Sequence record: SRR20825006_870
DNA length: 64,000 nt
Reading direction: 5' to 3' (one strand)
Shown: positions 27,897 to 38,325 of the stretch, in pieces
Numbering within the stretch: position 1 is the stretch's first letter
Layout: every line of letters starts with the position of its first letter
The notes under the pieces: generated by a model
Seen by the model: the letters and a program-made list of their open reading frames with translations, nothing else
Told to the model about the DNA's origin: nothing
Databases searched by the model: none
Translations under genes and position numbers: made by a program

Positions 27897-28871
27897 ATGA
27901 CTGCCATCAGTTCCGAGTTTAAAGTCCCCAAACGTCAGCTTGGCCCGAATGGCCCTGAGGTCCCTGTCTATGCCCTTGGCTCATGGAACATTTGGGACAG
28001 AATGACCCGAGATGAAGCGCTGGCTTTGATTGATCGTGCACAAAAAGTGGACTGCGCGTTTTTTGATGTGGCCTATTACAATATGGGCCCGCACGCAGAG
28101 CAGTCGCGCACCGACATTCTGTTTGGCGAGGCAATCAAAGAGTCCGGGCTGAAGCGCAGCGACTTTTTGGTGTGCGGTAAATTATGGCTGTGGGAATATC
28201 CGAAGCTGAACTTTAAAGAACAGATCGAAATCAGCCTTGAACGGGCGCAGCTCGACAAGTTTGAAATGGTGGTTGTGGGCGATTATTTCGCCGAAAATCC
28301 GGATATGGAAAATCTGACCACCGAAGTGAATAAACTGATTGATGCGGGCCTGATTGATCATTGGGGCATCAATAACTGGATTTATAAGGACACGCGCACA
28401 GCACTTGGTTTTGCCAAAGCCAATGATCTGGTGCCGCCAACTTTTGCACAATTAAAATATAGCGTTGTGCGCCGCACCATGACTGAGGGCAAGCATTATG
28501 GGCCGCTGTTTGAGCAGGGCGAATTGGCCCTGCAGGCATCAGATTGTTTGGAAGGCGGCATTTTGGCGGGCAAAACGCCAAACCGAAAAATCGGGGCAGA
28601 TGTCGGCGACATAAGGCAAAAGATTTATGACGCGGTGCCCGAGCTGGAAAAGATCACCAAAGAATTTGACGCAAGCCTAGTGCAGGTGGCGCTGGCATTT
28701 TGTTTGGCGCACCCGGCCACGGCCAATGTGCTGTTCGGCGCATCAAAGCTATCTCAGTTTGAAGATAATCTGGGCGCAATTGAATTGGCGCAAAAGGCTG
28801 GCCCGCTTATTCGCGAACGGCTCGATCATTTGTGGCTCGACCAGCATGTTCCGGAACAAGGCGGGTTTTAG
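27897..28871 (+). CDS. Aldo/keto reductase family protein (paralog of 24934-25902)
   Basis: LGSW, FDVAYY, CGKLW, WGINNW, AQLKYS, LFGASK. Confidence 0.85.
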   Translation: MTAISSEFKVPKRQLGPNGPEVPVYALGSWNIWDRMTRDEALALIDRAQKVDCAFFDVAYYNMGPHAEQSRTDILFGEAIKESGLKRSDFLVCGKLWLWEYPKLNFKEQIEISLERAQLDKFEMVVVGDYFAENPDMENLTTEVNKLIDAGLIDHWGINNWIYKDTRTALGFAKANDLVPPTFAQLKYSVVRRTMTEGKHYGPLFEQGELALQASDCLEGGILAGKTPNRKIGADVGDIRQKIYDAVPELEKITKEFDASLVQVALAFCLAHPATANVLFGASKLSQFEDNLGAIELAQKAGPLIRERLDHLWLDQHVPEQGGF

Positions 28872-28919
28872 GGGCCAAAATCTAGGCACTTTCGCGCAAA
28901 ACTCACTATTGCGTTCTTT

Positions 28920-28935
28920 TTCAACGTGTGTAGAA
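28920..28935. promoter_or_regulatory. Putative TetR operator upstream of the peptide-type ABC operon
   Basis: TTCAACGTGTGTAGAA. Confidence 0.6.
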
Positions 28936-29005
28936 TAAAAAATGTTGGGACGTGACCCTAAGGAGTGGGACGGGGTCGCACAGTCGCCAACAGGAGGAGA
29001 GAAAT

Positions 29006-30502
29006 ATGCAGTTCAAACATAAAATTATCGCGACATTGTCGGCTGTAGCGCTGTCTGTTGGCCTAAGCGCGCCGGCATTGGCGCAAATCACCGAATTGAA
29101 AATCGGGAACTTTCTCGACATTACATCGTGGGATCCGGCCATGGCCGATATTGGCTTTGATGGGCCTTATCTGTCTGCCATTTACGATCCGCTGCTAACA
29201 GTCGATGCAAATGGCGATGTGCAGCCCGTTTTGGCCACAAGCTGGGAATATTCAGAAGACTTTTTGACCCTGACCATGGATGTGCGCACGGATGTGACAT
29301 TTACCGATGGCTCTGGGTTCAATGCCGAAGTGGCCGCGGCCAATTTGGAGCATTTGCAAGCAAGCGCGCGCTCCGGCGAAGCCTACACCAAAGTGAGCGA
29401 CATCAGCGTGGTGGATGAAGACACAATCACCATCACCTTGAAGGAGCGCGACGATACCATGCTCTATCTTATGGGCTTGGGCCGTTCCTACATGGCATCT
29501 GCCGCAGCGATTGAAGCGGGAACCCTTGCACAAACCCCGGTCGGCTCTGGTCCTTACACTTTAGACTCTTCAGTGCCCGGTTCAGAATATCACTTTGTGA
29601 AAAAAGCTGACCATTGGGATGCAAGCACATACCCTTATGAGAAAGTGTCCATCTATCCAATTCTTGATCAAACAGCGCGCCACAATGCGATGCTGTCCGG
29701 CCAGCTCAATGTGGCCTTTGCCGACCCAATAAACAATCCGCAAGCGGAAATGGGTGGCTGGAACATCACTGAATCCCTAGCGGGCTGGGTTGGCTTGCAA
29801 ATCCTCGACCATGATGGCGAGCGATTGGCCCCACTTGGCGATATCCGCGTGCGCAAAGCCTTGAACCATGCGTTTGACGGCGCGGCCATTTTGCAGGCCA
29901 TTGGCCAGGGTGCAGGCGTGAAAACCAACCAAGTGTTCACCGCAGCGTCTGGCGTGCACGACCCTGAGCTTGAGGGCCAATATGAGTTCTCAATCGAAAA
30001 AGCCAAAGAGCTGATGGCGGAAGCCGGTTATGCCGATGGCTTTGAACTGTCCATGCCTATGTCACCCATTTTTGCCACGTGGCAACCCGTGGTGCAGCAA
30101 ACATTCAATGAGCTGGGCATCAAGGTGACTTGGGACGATATGCAAATGCCTGATTATCAAATCAACGCACCTAAATATCCAATGTTCATCGCCTTCATCG
30201 CGATCGACAGTGATCCTGTGGCAAACTTTGCGCGCCAATTCTCAACCCCACAATGGTACAATCCATCACCGGACTATGTGCTCTATGCGGAATTGACCGA
30301 CATGGTAGATGCCATTCGCGATGCCGATCCGGAAGAACAGATCCGCCTGATCAAAATTTTGAACAAGCGCCTGACAGCAGATCTGGCATGGTGGGTCGTT
30401 TGGTATCAAGCTGCCAATACGTATCACAGCGTGTCTGAGATTTCGGTGACAGGCATCACCGGCATGATGTTCCCGACCTTGCGGTTCATCCAGCCGAAAT
30501 AA
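29006..30502 (+). CDS. ABC transporter substrate-binding protein, family 5 (Dpp/Opp-like)
   Basis: Signal peptide ending ALA-Q, LATSW, V.FTDG, PVGSGPY, D.RVRKALNHAFD, AKELMAEAGY; AGGAGG RBS, ATG 29006. Confidence 0.9.
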   Translation: MQFKHKIIATLSAVALSVGLSAPALAQITELKIGNFLDITSWDPAMADIGFDGPYLSAIYDPLLTVDANGDVQPVLATSWEYSEDFLTLTMDVRTDVTFTDGSGFNAEVAAANLEHLQASARSGEAYTKVSDISVVDEDTITITLKERDDTMLYLMGLGRSYMASAAAIEAGTLAQTPVGSGPYTLDSSVPGSEYHFVKKADHWDASTYPYEKVSIYPILDQTARHNAMLSGQLNVAFADPINNPQAEMGGWNITESLAGWVGLQILDHDGERLAPLGDIRVRKALNHAFDGAAILQAIGQGAGVKTNQVFTAASGVHDPELEGQYEFSIEKAKELMAEAGYADGFELSMPMSPIFATWQPVVQQTFNELGIKVTWDDMQMPDYQINAPKYPMFIAFIAIDSDPVANFARQFSTPQWYNPSPDYVLYAELTDMVDAIRDADPEEQIRLIKILNKRLTADLAWWVVWYQAANTYHSVSEISVTGITGMMFPTLRFIQPK

Positions 30503-30573
30503 TACCCACCGGCGCGGGTTGGCAAAGCATATCAATGCTGGCCCGTGCCACCTTCTAAGACCATGGAGTGCCC

Positions 30574-31515
30574 ATGACTAAATTTATCGCCAAGCGTTTA
30601 TTGGCCGGGCTGATTTTGTTGGCTGCTGTGTGCATGGGCACATTCTTCTTGGCCCATCTAGCCATCAGCGACCCAACTGTTGCCTTGCTCGGTTCTTCTG
30701 CCACACCAGAACAACAGGCCGTTTTGGCCAAAGAATTGGGATTAGACCGGCCCTTGCTGGTGCAATTTCAAGCCTGGTTGGGCAGCGCAATCACTGGCGA
30801 TTTGGGCACATCTTGGCGCAACCAACAGCCAGTTTGGGACCAAATTGTGCTGCGGGTGCCCGTCACCCTTTCAGTGGTTAGCTTTGCTATTCTCATCAGT
30901 GCATTTGTGGGCGTGGTTTGCGGCTTGATCGCCGGCTTAAACCCAGGCAGCACCTTTGATAAGGGCGTGAAAATCGCTACCGTATTGCTGTTCGCTTTGC
31001 CGGGCTTTTGGATCAGCTTGATGCTGGTCATCTGGTTTGCGGTGCGCCTGCGCTGGTTCCCATCATTTGGTTATGTGTCGCCCGCGGTTTCTTTTGGTGG
31101 CTGGATACGTTCCATAACTTTGCCTGCCGTGGCGCTGGCTTTAGGCGCCATCGTGATGATTGCGGAGCAATTGCGCAATCAAGTGATCGCCGTGTCACAA
31201 CAAGATTTTGTGCGCACCTTGCGCAGCCGCGGCCTATCCAATTTCCGGGTCAATTTGCACATTCTGCGCAATGCGTCTCCGGCGGCCCTCACCGTGATTG
31301 CTGTGCTCTTCGCCTCTCTGCTGAGCGGGGCAATCGTGGTGGAGGCTATTTTCAGCCTGCCCGGCCTTGGGCAACTCACCCAATCTGCGGCGCAAATTGG
31401 CGACATTCCTGTGCTGCTCGGCATCACCATGGTGTCGGTGGTGTTTGTGGTGATCATCTATGTGCTGCTCGATATTGCATTGGGCTGGATCAATCCAAAG
31501 GTGCGTTTGAAATGA
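30574..31515 (+). CDS. Dpp/Opp-type ABC permease (DppB-like)
   Basis: LGLDRP..Q, GDLGTS, PGFW, DFVRTLRSRG, HILRNA, E.IFSLPGLG; start GTG 30568 or ATG 30574. Confidence 0.9.
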   Translation: MTKFIAKRLLAGLILLAAVCMGTFFLAHLAISDPTVALLGSSATPEQQAVLAKELGLDRPLLVQFQAWLGSAITGDLGTSWRNQQPVWDQIVLRVPVTLSVVSFAILISAFVGVVCGLIAGLNPGSTFDKGVKIATVLLFALPGFWISLMLVIWFAVRLRWFPSFGYVSPAVSFGGWIRSITLPAVALALGAIVMIAEQLRNQVIAVSQQDFVRTLRSRGLSNFRVNLHILRNASPAALTVIAVLFASLLSGAIVVEAIFSLPGLGQLTQSAAQIGDIPVLLGITMVSVVFVVIIYVLLDIALGWINPKVRLK

Positions 31516-33323
31516 GTATTGCAGACAAAATTTTGGACCAGAAACCAAACGCGCCTGTGCGCACATCAATCACACAGCGCTTCTTCAAACGCAAAGCCGG
31601 GGTAACCGCCTTCACCATCTTTATGTTGGTGGTGTTAATGGCGCTTTTGGCCCCATGGATTTCGCCGCACGACCCGAACTTTGTGCAATTGGCCAACACA
31701 AAGGCACCGCCAAGTGCGGAACATTGGTTGGGTGGCGATAGCGCCGGGCGCGACATTCTCAGCCGCATCATTTGGGGCGCACGCACCACCCTGTTTGGCG
31801 CTGCCATCACCATCATCACAGCCCTTGCTGTGGGTGTGACCACTGGCGTTATGGCTGGCTTTTTTGGTGGGCTCGTCGACCGAGCATTCTCCTGGTTGTC
31901 GGATGCGACCCAAGCCATTCCCGGCATGATCATCTTGCTGGTGGTGGCTGCTGGCACACGATCCAACTTCCCGATTTTGATGGCAACAGTTGGCGTGTTT
32001 ATGGCGCCTGGCTATTTCCGGATCACCCGTTCCGCCACCTTGGCCATCGTCAATGAACCATATATTGACGCTGCAAAAGTGGCGGGCCTCACCGCGCCAC
32101 GCATTATTGCGCGCCATGTGTTGCCGGGCATTTATGCGCCCATCATCATTCAAACTGCGCTGGCTGCGGGTATCTCCATGGGCATTCAAGCGGGCCTGCA
32201 ATTTTTGGGTGTCGGTTCTGCCAACACACCAAGCTGGGGCGCCATGATGAATGAGGGGTTCCGCTTTATGCTGACCAACCCCACCCTGTTGCTTTGGCCG
32301 TCTGCAGCACTTGGCATCACCATCGCGGCGCTGGCCACCATTGGCTCCACCTTGGCGGAAGTGGTGCGGGTGCGCACCCCCGTTGTGTCCGAAACCGAAG
32401 GCGAGGACGATAAAGATTGGGACCCCGCCCAAGGCACAGGTGCCTTTGCCCATGACAAAAATGAAGCGATTGTGCGCCTCAAAAATTTGCGCGTGTTTTA
32501 CCAAAATGGTGACGAGCAAAAAACCGTGGTCAATGGAATCTCATTTGATGTGAAGCCGGGCGAAGTGTTGGGCATTGTGGGCGAGAGTGGCTCGGGCAAA
32601 TCTCAAACTATTTTTTCTTTGCTCAACCTGCTGCCTAAAGGCGGCAAATATGTTGCCGACCAAATTGAGATTGCGGGCAAGAATGTCTATGAAATGACCG
32701 GCAAGGATCGAGCGAAGATTTTGGGCAGCCAATTGGGCTATATCCCTCAAGAGCCCATGAGCAATTTGGACCCGACCTTCACCATCGGTCATCAACTCAC
32801 TGAGCCGTTGCGGCTGGTTTTCGGCCAATCTAAAGCCGAAGCAACGGCAAAGGCAAAAGCACTACTGGCACGCGTCGGCATCAACGATGTGGACCGGGTG
32901 ATGAAAAGCTATCCGCACCAAATTTCAGGCGGCATGGCCCAGCGGGTTCTGATTGCCGGGGCGATTGCGGGGCAACCGTCGGTGCTGTTGGCAGATGAAC
33001 CCACAACAGCGCTCGATGTGACGGTGCAAGCCGAAGTGCTGGAACTGCTGCGCGAGCTGCAACAGGAATTTGGCATGGCGCTTATTCTGGTCACCCATAA
33101 TTTTGGCGTGGTGGCAGACATTTGCGACCGGGTGGTGGTGATGCGCGAGGGAGCGATTGTGGAAATGGGCGAAGTGGAGCAAATATTTGCCCAACCCAAA
33201 GCGCAATATACCCAAAACCTCATCGACGCGTCTTTGGACGGCACGTTGAGTCGCAAAGATTTGGACGCCTCAGAAACCAGCAATGTGCATATTTTGAAAA
33301 CCGCAGGCGGAGGGCAAAAATGA
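31512..33323 (+). CDS. Fused Dpp/Opp-type permease (DppC) and ATPase (DppD)
   Basis: HWLGGD..GRDILSR, YIDAA, PSWG, then [28 protein letters not shown] in one frame; ATG 31512 overlaps the previous stop. Confidence 0.88.
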   Translation: MSIADKILDQKPNAPVRTSITQRFFKRKAGVTAFTIFMLVVLMALLAPWISPHDPNFVQLANTKAPPSAEHWLGGDSAGRDILSRIIWGARTTLFGAAITIITALAVGVTTGVMAGFFGGLVDRAFSWLSDATQAIPGMIILLVVAAGTRSNFPILMATVGVFMAPGYFRITRSATLAIVNEPYIDAAKVAGLTAPRIIARHVLPGIYAPIIIQTALAAGISMGIQAGLQFLGVGSANTPSWGAMMNEGFRFMLTNPTLLLWPSAALGITIAALATIGSTLAEVVRVRTPVVSETEGEDDKDWDPAQGTGAFAHDKNEAIVRLKNLRVFYQNGDEQKTVVNGISFDVKPGEVLGIVGESGSGKSQTIFSLLNLLPKGGKYVADQIEIAGKNVYEMTGKDRAKILGSQLGYIPQEPMSNLDPTFTIGHQLTEPLRLVFGQSKAEATAKAKALLARVGINDVDRVMKSYPHQISGGMAQRVLIAGAIAGQPSVLLADEPTTALDVTVQAEVLELLRELQQEFGMALILVTHNFGVVADICDRVVVMREGAIVEMGEVEQIFAQPKAQYTQNLIDASLDGTLSRKDLDASETSNVHILKTAGGGQK

Positions 33324-34165
33324 GCAATGTCGCCAAACCGCTTTTGAGCGTCCAAAATCTCACCGTTGAATATGGCCCGAAAAATAATGGCTTTAAAGCG
33401 CTCGACAAGGTGAGCGTTGCAATTGCTGAGCATGAATGCATGGGCATTGTGGGCGAAAGCGGGTCGGGCAAATCGACCCTTGGCCGCGCTATTCTTGGCC
33501 TTGCGCCCATCGCTGAAGGCAAAATTCTTTTTGATGGGCAGGACATCACCAATTTGAAAGGCAAGGCCCGCCGCGATTTGGCGAAAAGCATTCAGGTGGT
33601 GTTTCAAGACCCTTATGGCTCACTGAACCCGGGCATGACCATCGGCGATATTTTGGCAGAGCCGCTTACCGTGGCGGGCGAAACCCGCCAATCTGCACGG
33701 CAGCAAGTGGCGGATTTGATCGATAAGGTGCATTTGCCTGCCAATTCAATCGACCGCTTTCCCAATGAGTTTTCCGGTGGGCAACGTCAACGCATTGCCA
33801 TTGCCCGTGCGTTGGTGCGTAAGCCCCGGCTGATCATTTGCGATGAACCCACCAGCGCTTTGGATTTGCGGACGCAAGCGGCGGTGATCGATTTGTTCAT
33901 CGAGCTGCAGCGGGAAACGGGCGTGGCCTATATGTTCATCTCCCACGATTTGGGCGTGGTGCGCCGCATTTGCCACAATGTCGGGGTGATGAAGCGGGGG
34001 CAATTGGTGGAACATGGCGACGCCGATAAAGTGACCCGCACCCCCGATCATCCCTATAGCCGAAAGCTATTGCTGGCATCCCCAATCGCCAATCCGGCAG
34101 AGCAAAAGAAGCGCCGAGCCGATTGGCTTGAGATGAGAGGTTTAGACAATGCCGGAGCGATGTGA
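33320..34165 (+). CDS. Dpp/Opp-type ABC ATPase (DppF-like)
   Basis: [39 protein letters not shown]. Confidence 0.9.
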   Translation: MSNVAKPLLSVQNLTVEYGPKNNGFKALDKVSVAIAEHECMGIVGESGSGKSTLGRAILGLAPIAEGKILFDGQDITNLKGKARRDLAKSIQVVFQDPYGSLNPGMTIGDILAEPLTVAGETRQSARQQVADLIDKVHLPANSIDRFPNEFSGGQRQRIAIARALVRKPRLIICDEPTSALDLRTQAAVIDLFIELQRETGVAYMFISHDLGVVRRICHNVGVMKRGQLVEHGDADKVTRTPDHPYSRKLLLASPIANPAEQKKRRADWLEMRGLDNAGAM

Positions 34166-34257
34166 TACGAAATCTCGCCGGTTTGCACTTGCCTGTTTTC
34201 GGGGACAAAACAGCGCGCTCAACCATTTGCACAGCCGGCCCATAAAGAGAGTTGCCG

Positions 34258-34860
34258 ATGCCAAAGATCATAGACCACGACAAACGCCGTCGCGAAATTG
34301 TCGACGTGGCAAAACGATTAATGCTCGAGGGGGGCTTCGAAGCCGCAACAATGCGCTCAATTGCAGCGGAAGCGGGCTTCGCCAATGGAGCGCTGAAACA
34401 TTACTTTCCGGGCAAAGACAGCATCATCGCCGCAACCTTCGAGAGCGTGTTGGCAGAGATGGACCCAGAAGGGGCGTTGGACAATTTGGACGTGCCGCAG
34501 GGCGCCGACCCAGCGCAAGTGTTGCGCGACCGATTGCGCCAAACCATGCCGCTTACCGACTATGCGATCAGCGCGGGTCGGGTGCTGCTGGTGCTGTGGG
34601 ACCACGCGGCCTCCAATCCGGAATTGGCCAAAATCTATCGCGACTTTTTGCAACGCTGGCAAAGCTCAACCGTGAGCTTGTTGAAATATGCGCAAAAGGG
34701 GCGAGCCCAAAGCACAGACGAAGAGTTGGATGCCTTGGCGCTGGAAATCATCTCCATCACCATTGGGGCCAATGTCGTCAATCTGATGCACCCCAAGGGC
34801 GAACAGGTCGCGACCTATCACCAAATCATCGACAATATAATCAAGCGCACGCAGGGCTAA
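34258..34860 (+). CDS. TetR/AcrR family transcriptional regulator
   Basis: MPKIIDHDKRRREI..ATMRSIAAEAG...GALKHYFPGK HTH. Confidence 0.92.
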   Translation: MPKIIDHDKRRREIVDVAKRLMLEGGFEAATMRSIAAEAGFANGALKHYFPGKDSIIAATFESVLAEMDPEGALDNLDVPQGADPAQVLRDRLRQTMPLTDYAISAGRVLLVLWDHAASNPELAKIYRDFLQRWQSSTVSLLKYAQKGRAQSTDEELDALALEIISITIGANVVNLMHPKGEQVATYHQIIDNIIKRTQG

Positions 34861-34911
34861 TTTATCTCTGTCGGAAACTGGCCACCGCTTGCGCAAAGTG
34901 GAGGACAGTTT

Positions 34912-35655
34912 ATGGCTAGTCAAAAGCCCTTCATCGCTGAACATATTTATGCGGATACCCAAACCGGCAGCACGCCCATCCTGTTAATCCATGGGTTCAA
35001 CTCCAATGGGGCGCAAGATTGGGATGCGCAGCAATGGTTGGCACCGCTGAAAGCGGCTGGCCGCAAGATCATTGTGGTGGATTTGCCTGCCCATGGGGAA
35101 AGCGCCCGTGTGGACGCGCCCGAAGATGCTACAGTGAGCAAAATTGTGGCGACCTTATCAGAGATCATCGACAATCATGGCGGCAAAGCCGATGTGGTGG
35201 GCTATTCCCTCGGTGCGCGATTGGCGTGGGCCTTGGCCAGCCAACGGCCAGAACGGGTGAACAAGCTCGTGCTGGGCGGGCTGAGCGCAGGCGACCCGTT
35301 TGCCATGCTCGACTATGATGCAGCGCGTAAATTTGCCGATGAAGGCGTGACGCCCGACGATGAAATGACCGCCATGATTGCCTCAATGGCCATGGGAGAT
35401 GGAAAAGACAGCCATTCCCTGCTCAATTTGATGCAAGGGCTGGGGCGTGAGCCTTTCGACCCAAGTGCGGAAAAACCTGCTGCTCCTACATTGCTGGCCG
35501 CTGGCCATGAAGATCCGATGGCGGGCAATGTGGAAGCCATTGAACCCTTTTTAGACAACAACAAAACCGTGCGTGTGCCGGGGGACCATTTTAGCGCCCT
35601 CAAAAGCGACGAGTTTAAACAAGTAACCTTCGCCTTTTTAGGCATCGCACACTAG
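34912..35655 (+). CDS. Alpha/beta fold hydrolase
   Basis: LIHGF, DLPAHGES, GYSLG nucleophile, G.ED, PGDH. Confidence 0.88.
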   Translation: MASQKPFIAEHIYADTQTGSTPILLIHGFNSNGAQDWDAQQWLAPLKAAGRKIIVVDLPAHGESARVDAPEDATVSKIVATLSEIIDNHGGKADVVGYSLGARLAWALASQRPERVNKLVLGGLSAGDPFAMLDYDAARKFADEGVTPDDEMTAMIASMAMGDGKDSHSLLNLMQGLGREPFDPSAEKPAAPTLLAAGHEDPMAGNVEAIEPFLDNNKTVRVPGDHFSALKSDEFKQVTFAFLGIAH

Positions 35656-35760
35656 GGGCGGCGGAGCCGTTCACGTACATCGCAGCGCAAAAGGCCAACA
35701 GGGCGTGCCATAGGTGGGGCGTCATGCCGGTTGAGCTGTGCCCAATAAACTGAGGAGAGA

Positions 35761-36762
35761 ATGAACATGTCATCCAACCAACCTGTACAAGCTGATCCAT
35801 CGCGCATTTTAGAAATCGCAACAGGCTATATGGCCTCGCAACAATTATTCGCCGCCAGCCGCATCGGCTTGTTTAAGGCCGTGGCCAATGGCGCCAACCG
35901 TCCGCAAGACATTGCGGCAGAAACGGGTGTTTCCGAACGCATGGCCCGCACCTTGGGGGACGCAATGGCGTCGCTCGATTTGTTAACCCGTAAAGACGGG
36001 AAATATGGCCTGACCGAAGCCGCCGCCGCATTTTTGGTTGGTGACGTGGCCGATTTGGATTTGGCGCCTTTCCTCACCTTCTTGCGTGAAATCAGCTATC
36101 CGCACTGGCTGCAATTCAGCAAAACAGTGGACACTGATGAGCCGGGCGATCTCGGCATGAATGACGAACGCTGGGGCACTTTTATGGCTGGCGTGATGAC
36201 CTACAATAAATTGCACGCGGATATGTTCAGTAATGCGCTGGACTTTGCAGGCCACAAAAATGCACTGGATTTGGGCGGCTTGGCCCCAAACTTCGCCATC
36301 CGCGCTATGCAGGCCAATAAGGACCTAAAAACAACTTTCGCCTACGCGCCAGATTTTGTTGAGGGCATCAAAACCGCCATCGCGGGCGAGGGCGTGGCAG
36401 ATCGGTCAACTGTGATTGGTGTGCCAACACCAGAAGCAAAGCCAGAAGGCGAGTTTGACCTGGTGTTTGTCAACCATGTGATCCATCGCTTTAGTGTGGA
36501 TGAAAACAAACAGATTTTCACCAATGCCCGGGCGGTGGCCAGCAAAGGCGCCAAGCTAACCGTGTTGGATTTCTATCTGGATGATAATGAAAAACAACGC
36601 GCGATTGATGCCCAACATGCCAGCGAATATCATGTGATTGATGGTACAGTTGTGTTCCCAGAATCTGAAGTCTGCGCCTGGTTGAACGACACCGGATGGA
36701 AGCCAGTTGAAATGGTGGCCTTGCCGGGTAGCCCTCGCGTTTTGGTGGCGGAAGCTGTCTAA
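35761..36762 (+). CDS. O-methyltransferase-fold protein with dimerisation domain; SAM motif degenerate
   Basis: N-terminal winged helix (LFAA.RIGLF), LDLGG, FDLVF..HVIH. Confidence 0.78.
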   Translation: MNMSSNQPVQADPSRILEIATGYMASQQLFAASRIGLFKAVANGANRPQDIAAETGVSERMARTLGDAMASLDLLTRKDGKYGLTEAAAAFLVGDVADLDLAPFLTFLREISYPHWLQFSKTVDTDEPGDLGMNDERWGTFMAGVMTYNKLHADMFSNALDFAGHKNALDLGGLAPNFAIRAMQANKDLKTTFAYAPDFVEGIKTAIAGEGVADRSTVIGVPTPEAKPEGEFDLVFVNHVIHRFSVDENKQIFTNARAVASKGAKLTVLDFYLDDNEKQRAIDAQHASEYHVIDGTVVFPESEVCAWLNDTGWKPVEMVALPGSPRVLVAEAV

Positions 36763-36780
36763 CCGCAGCAAAAAACAACA

Positions 36781-36810
36781 AAAAAGGAAGGGGCCGCAAG
36801 GCCCCTTTTT
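36781..36810. terminator. Intrinsic terminator
   Basis: AAGGGGCC-GCAA-GGCCCCTT-TTT with upstream A-tract, between convergent genes. Confidence 0.8.
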
Positions 36811-36850
36811 AGTGAGGTCCAACTGTTTAGGACCCTAGGGGTTTAGGCAG

Positions 36851-38197
36851 TTAATCTTGTTGATAGACAATCCGGCCACCAACCATGGTGAGCTTGATCG
36901 GCATATCCGGCAGATTCAGAAAATCTTCGCCAAACACATCGCCGCCAACCCAGCACAAATCAGCCACCTTGCTCGGGGCAATTGTGCCCTTCCAGCTTTC
37001 GGCAAAATCCTGATAAGCGGGCACGCTGGTATACATGCGCAACAATTCGATCTTAAGTTCATCGGTGAGTGGCACCTGTTGCTGCTGCAAGCGCTTGGCG
37101 GCTGAAACCACAATATGTCGCCAATCCGGGCTGGCCACCGGGGCATCTGATGTGAGGGTAAACCAATTATGCTTCACCATTAAATGCAGCGGCCATGCCC
37201 GCTGGGCTACATCTGCATTGACGGCTTGCGCCAGCCAATCATGGGTTTGATCCGCAATAAGCGGTTGCAGATCAATGCCAATCCCTAACCGCTCCATACG
37301 TTCAAGCTGTTCCGGCGTTAGCAGGTCGCCATGAATAATGTAATGCCGCAAAGCATCATCTGCACTCACGTCTTCCAAGGCATGAATAAACGCATCTGAC
37401 GTGCGGTCACCCGTGGCATGAACACCAATTTGCAGCCCGCGCTTATGCGCTTCGAAAACCATCTGACGAAAGACGTCTAACCGCTCATCTTCCGTTCCTA
37501 TGCCTGTGAGCAATTCGCCATGGCCGCCGCCCTGATAGGGATCAAGCGTCCATGCGCTGCGCATGGGAGGAATGCCATCAGCAAAGATTTTCACGCCATT
37601 GACCGACAGCCATTTGGGATCGGTCTGCGGCAAAACCTGGTCCAACCCTGCCATGTAGTCGTTGAGCTGACTTGCGCCGTCCAGCAGCCCAAAAAGGCGC
37701 AACATAGTCACCCGTGCAGTTTGTGCTTTGGTGCCGGAAAGTCGAGCATAAGTGTCAAACACTTTGGTGCCGAAACACCCAGTTGCACCGTGATCTTCCC
37801 CCGGGCCGATGCCCGGCTCGGTGTAAGAGGTGATGCCCAATGCGGCCAGTTTTTCCCATGCGGCGAGAATAGCGGCTTCACGCCCTTCTTCGCTATCGAG
37901 CAACTTGCCATGCCAATCAAAATCATGATCTTTGAACATCAATTTGGGATAGGTGGCCCCATACCAAACCCCATGCAAATGCGCGTCATTGATACCCGGC
38001 AAAAGGGTGCCGCCGGCCAGTTGGTGAAACTGGGTGTCTGGACCTTTATATTTCAGCACATCAGCCTCGCTGCCAACGGCCAAAATCATATCATCTTTAA
38101 TGGCAATCGCGTCATATTGCGCGTTGCGCGCATCCATGGCGTGCACCTTGGCACCGACGAAAATAAGGTCGGCGATTTTTTGCGGATTATCAATCAT
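36851..38197 (-). CDS. Amidohydrolase 3 family metallohydrolase (short form)
   Basis: PGINDAHLH, GVKIFADG, VHATGD, IIHG, TSDAP, KGTIAPSKVADL. Confidence 0.85.
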   Translation of the reverse strand: MIDNPQKIADLIFVGAKVHAMDARNAQYDAIAIKDDMILAVGSEADVLKYKGPDTQFHQLAGGTLLPGINDAHLHGVWYGATYPKLMFKDHDFDWHGKLLDSEEGREAAILAAWEKLAALGITSYTEPGIGPGEDHGATGCFGTKVFDTYARLSGTKAQTARVTMLRLFGLLDGASQLNDYMAGLDQVLPQTDPKWLSVNGVKIFADGIPPMRSAWTLDPYQGGGHGELLTGIGTEDERLDVFRQMVFEAHKRGLQIGVHATGDRTSDAFIHALEDVSADDALRHYIIHGDLLTPEQLERMERLGIGIDLQPLIADQTHDWLAQAVNADVAQRAWPLHLMVKHNWFTLTSDAPVASPDWRHIVVSAAKRLQQQQVPLTDELKIELLRMYTSVPAYQDFAESWKGTIAPSKVADLCWVGGDVFGEDFLNLPDMPIKLTMVGGRIVYQQD

Positions 38198-38223
38198 CTA
38201 TCTGAATTACATCTTGTTTTAAT

Positions 38224-38279
38224 TTCCACCATTGTAGGCAAAAACAACTGCGATACAAGTTTTTTCTACAAATGTTGAA
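38224..38279. promoter_or_regulatory. Two putative TetR operator copies upstream of the amidohydrolase
   Basis: TTCCACCATTGTAGGC (38224-38239) and TTCTACAAATGTTGAA (38264-38279). Confidence 0.6.
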
Positions 38280-38325
38280 AATTCAACTGGAGATGCAAAT
38301 GGGGCTGCGCGCGGTGGGCGAAAAA

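Noticed and set aside
31008-31511. N-terminal extension making a 771-aa ORF
   Set aside because: Overlaps the upstream permease in another frame; the ATG at 31512 coupled to its stop is the plausible start
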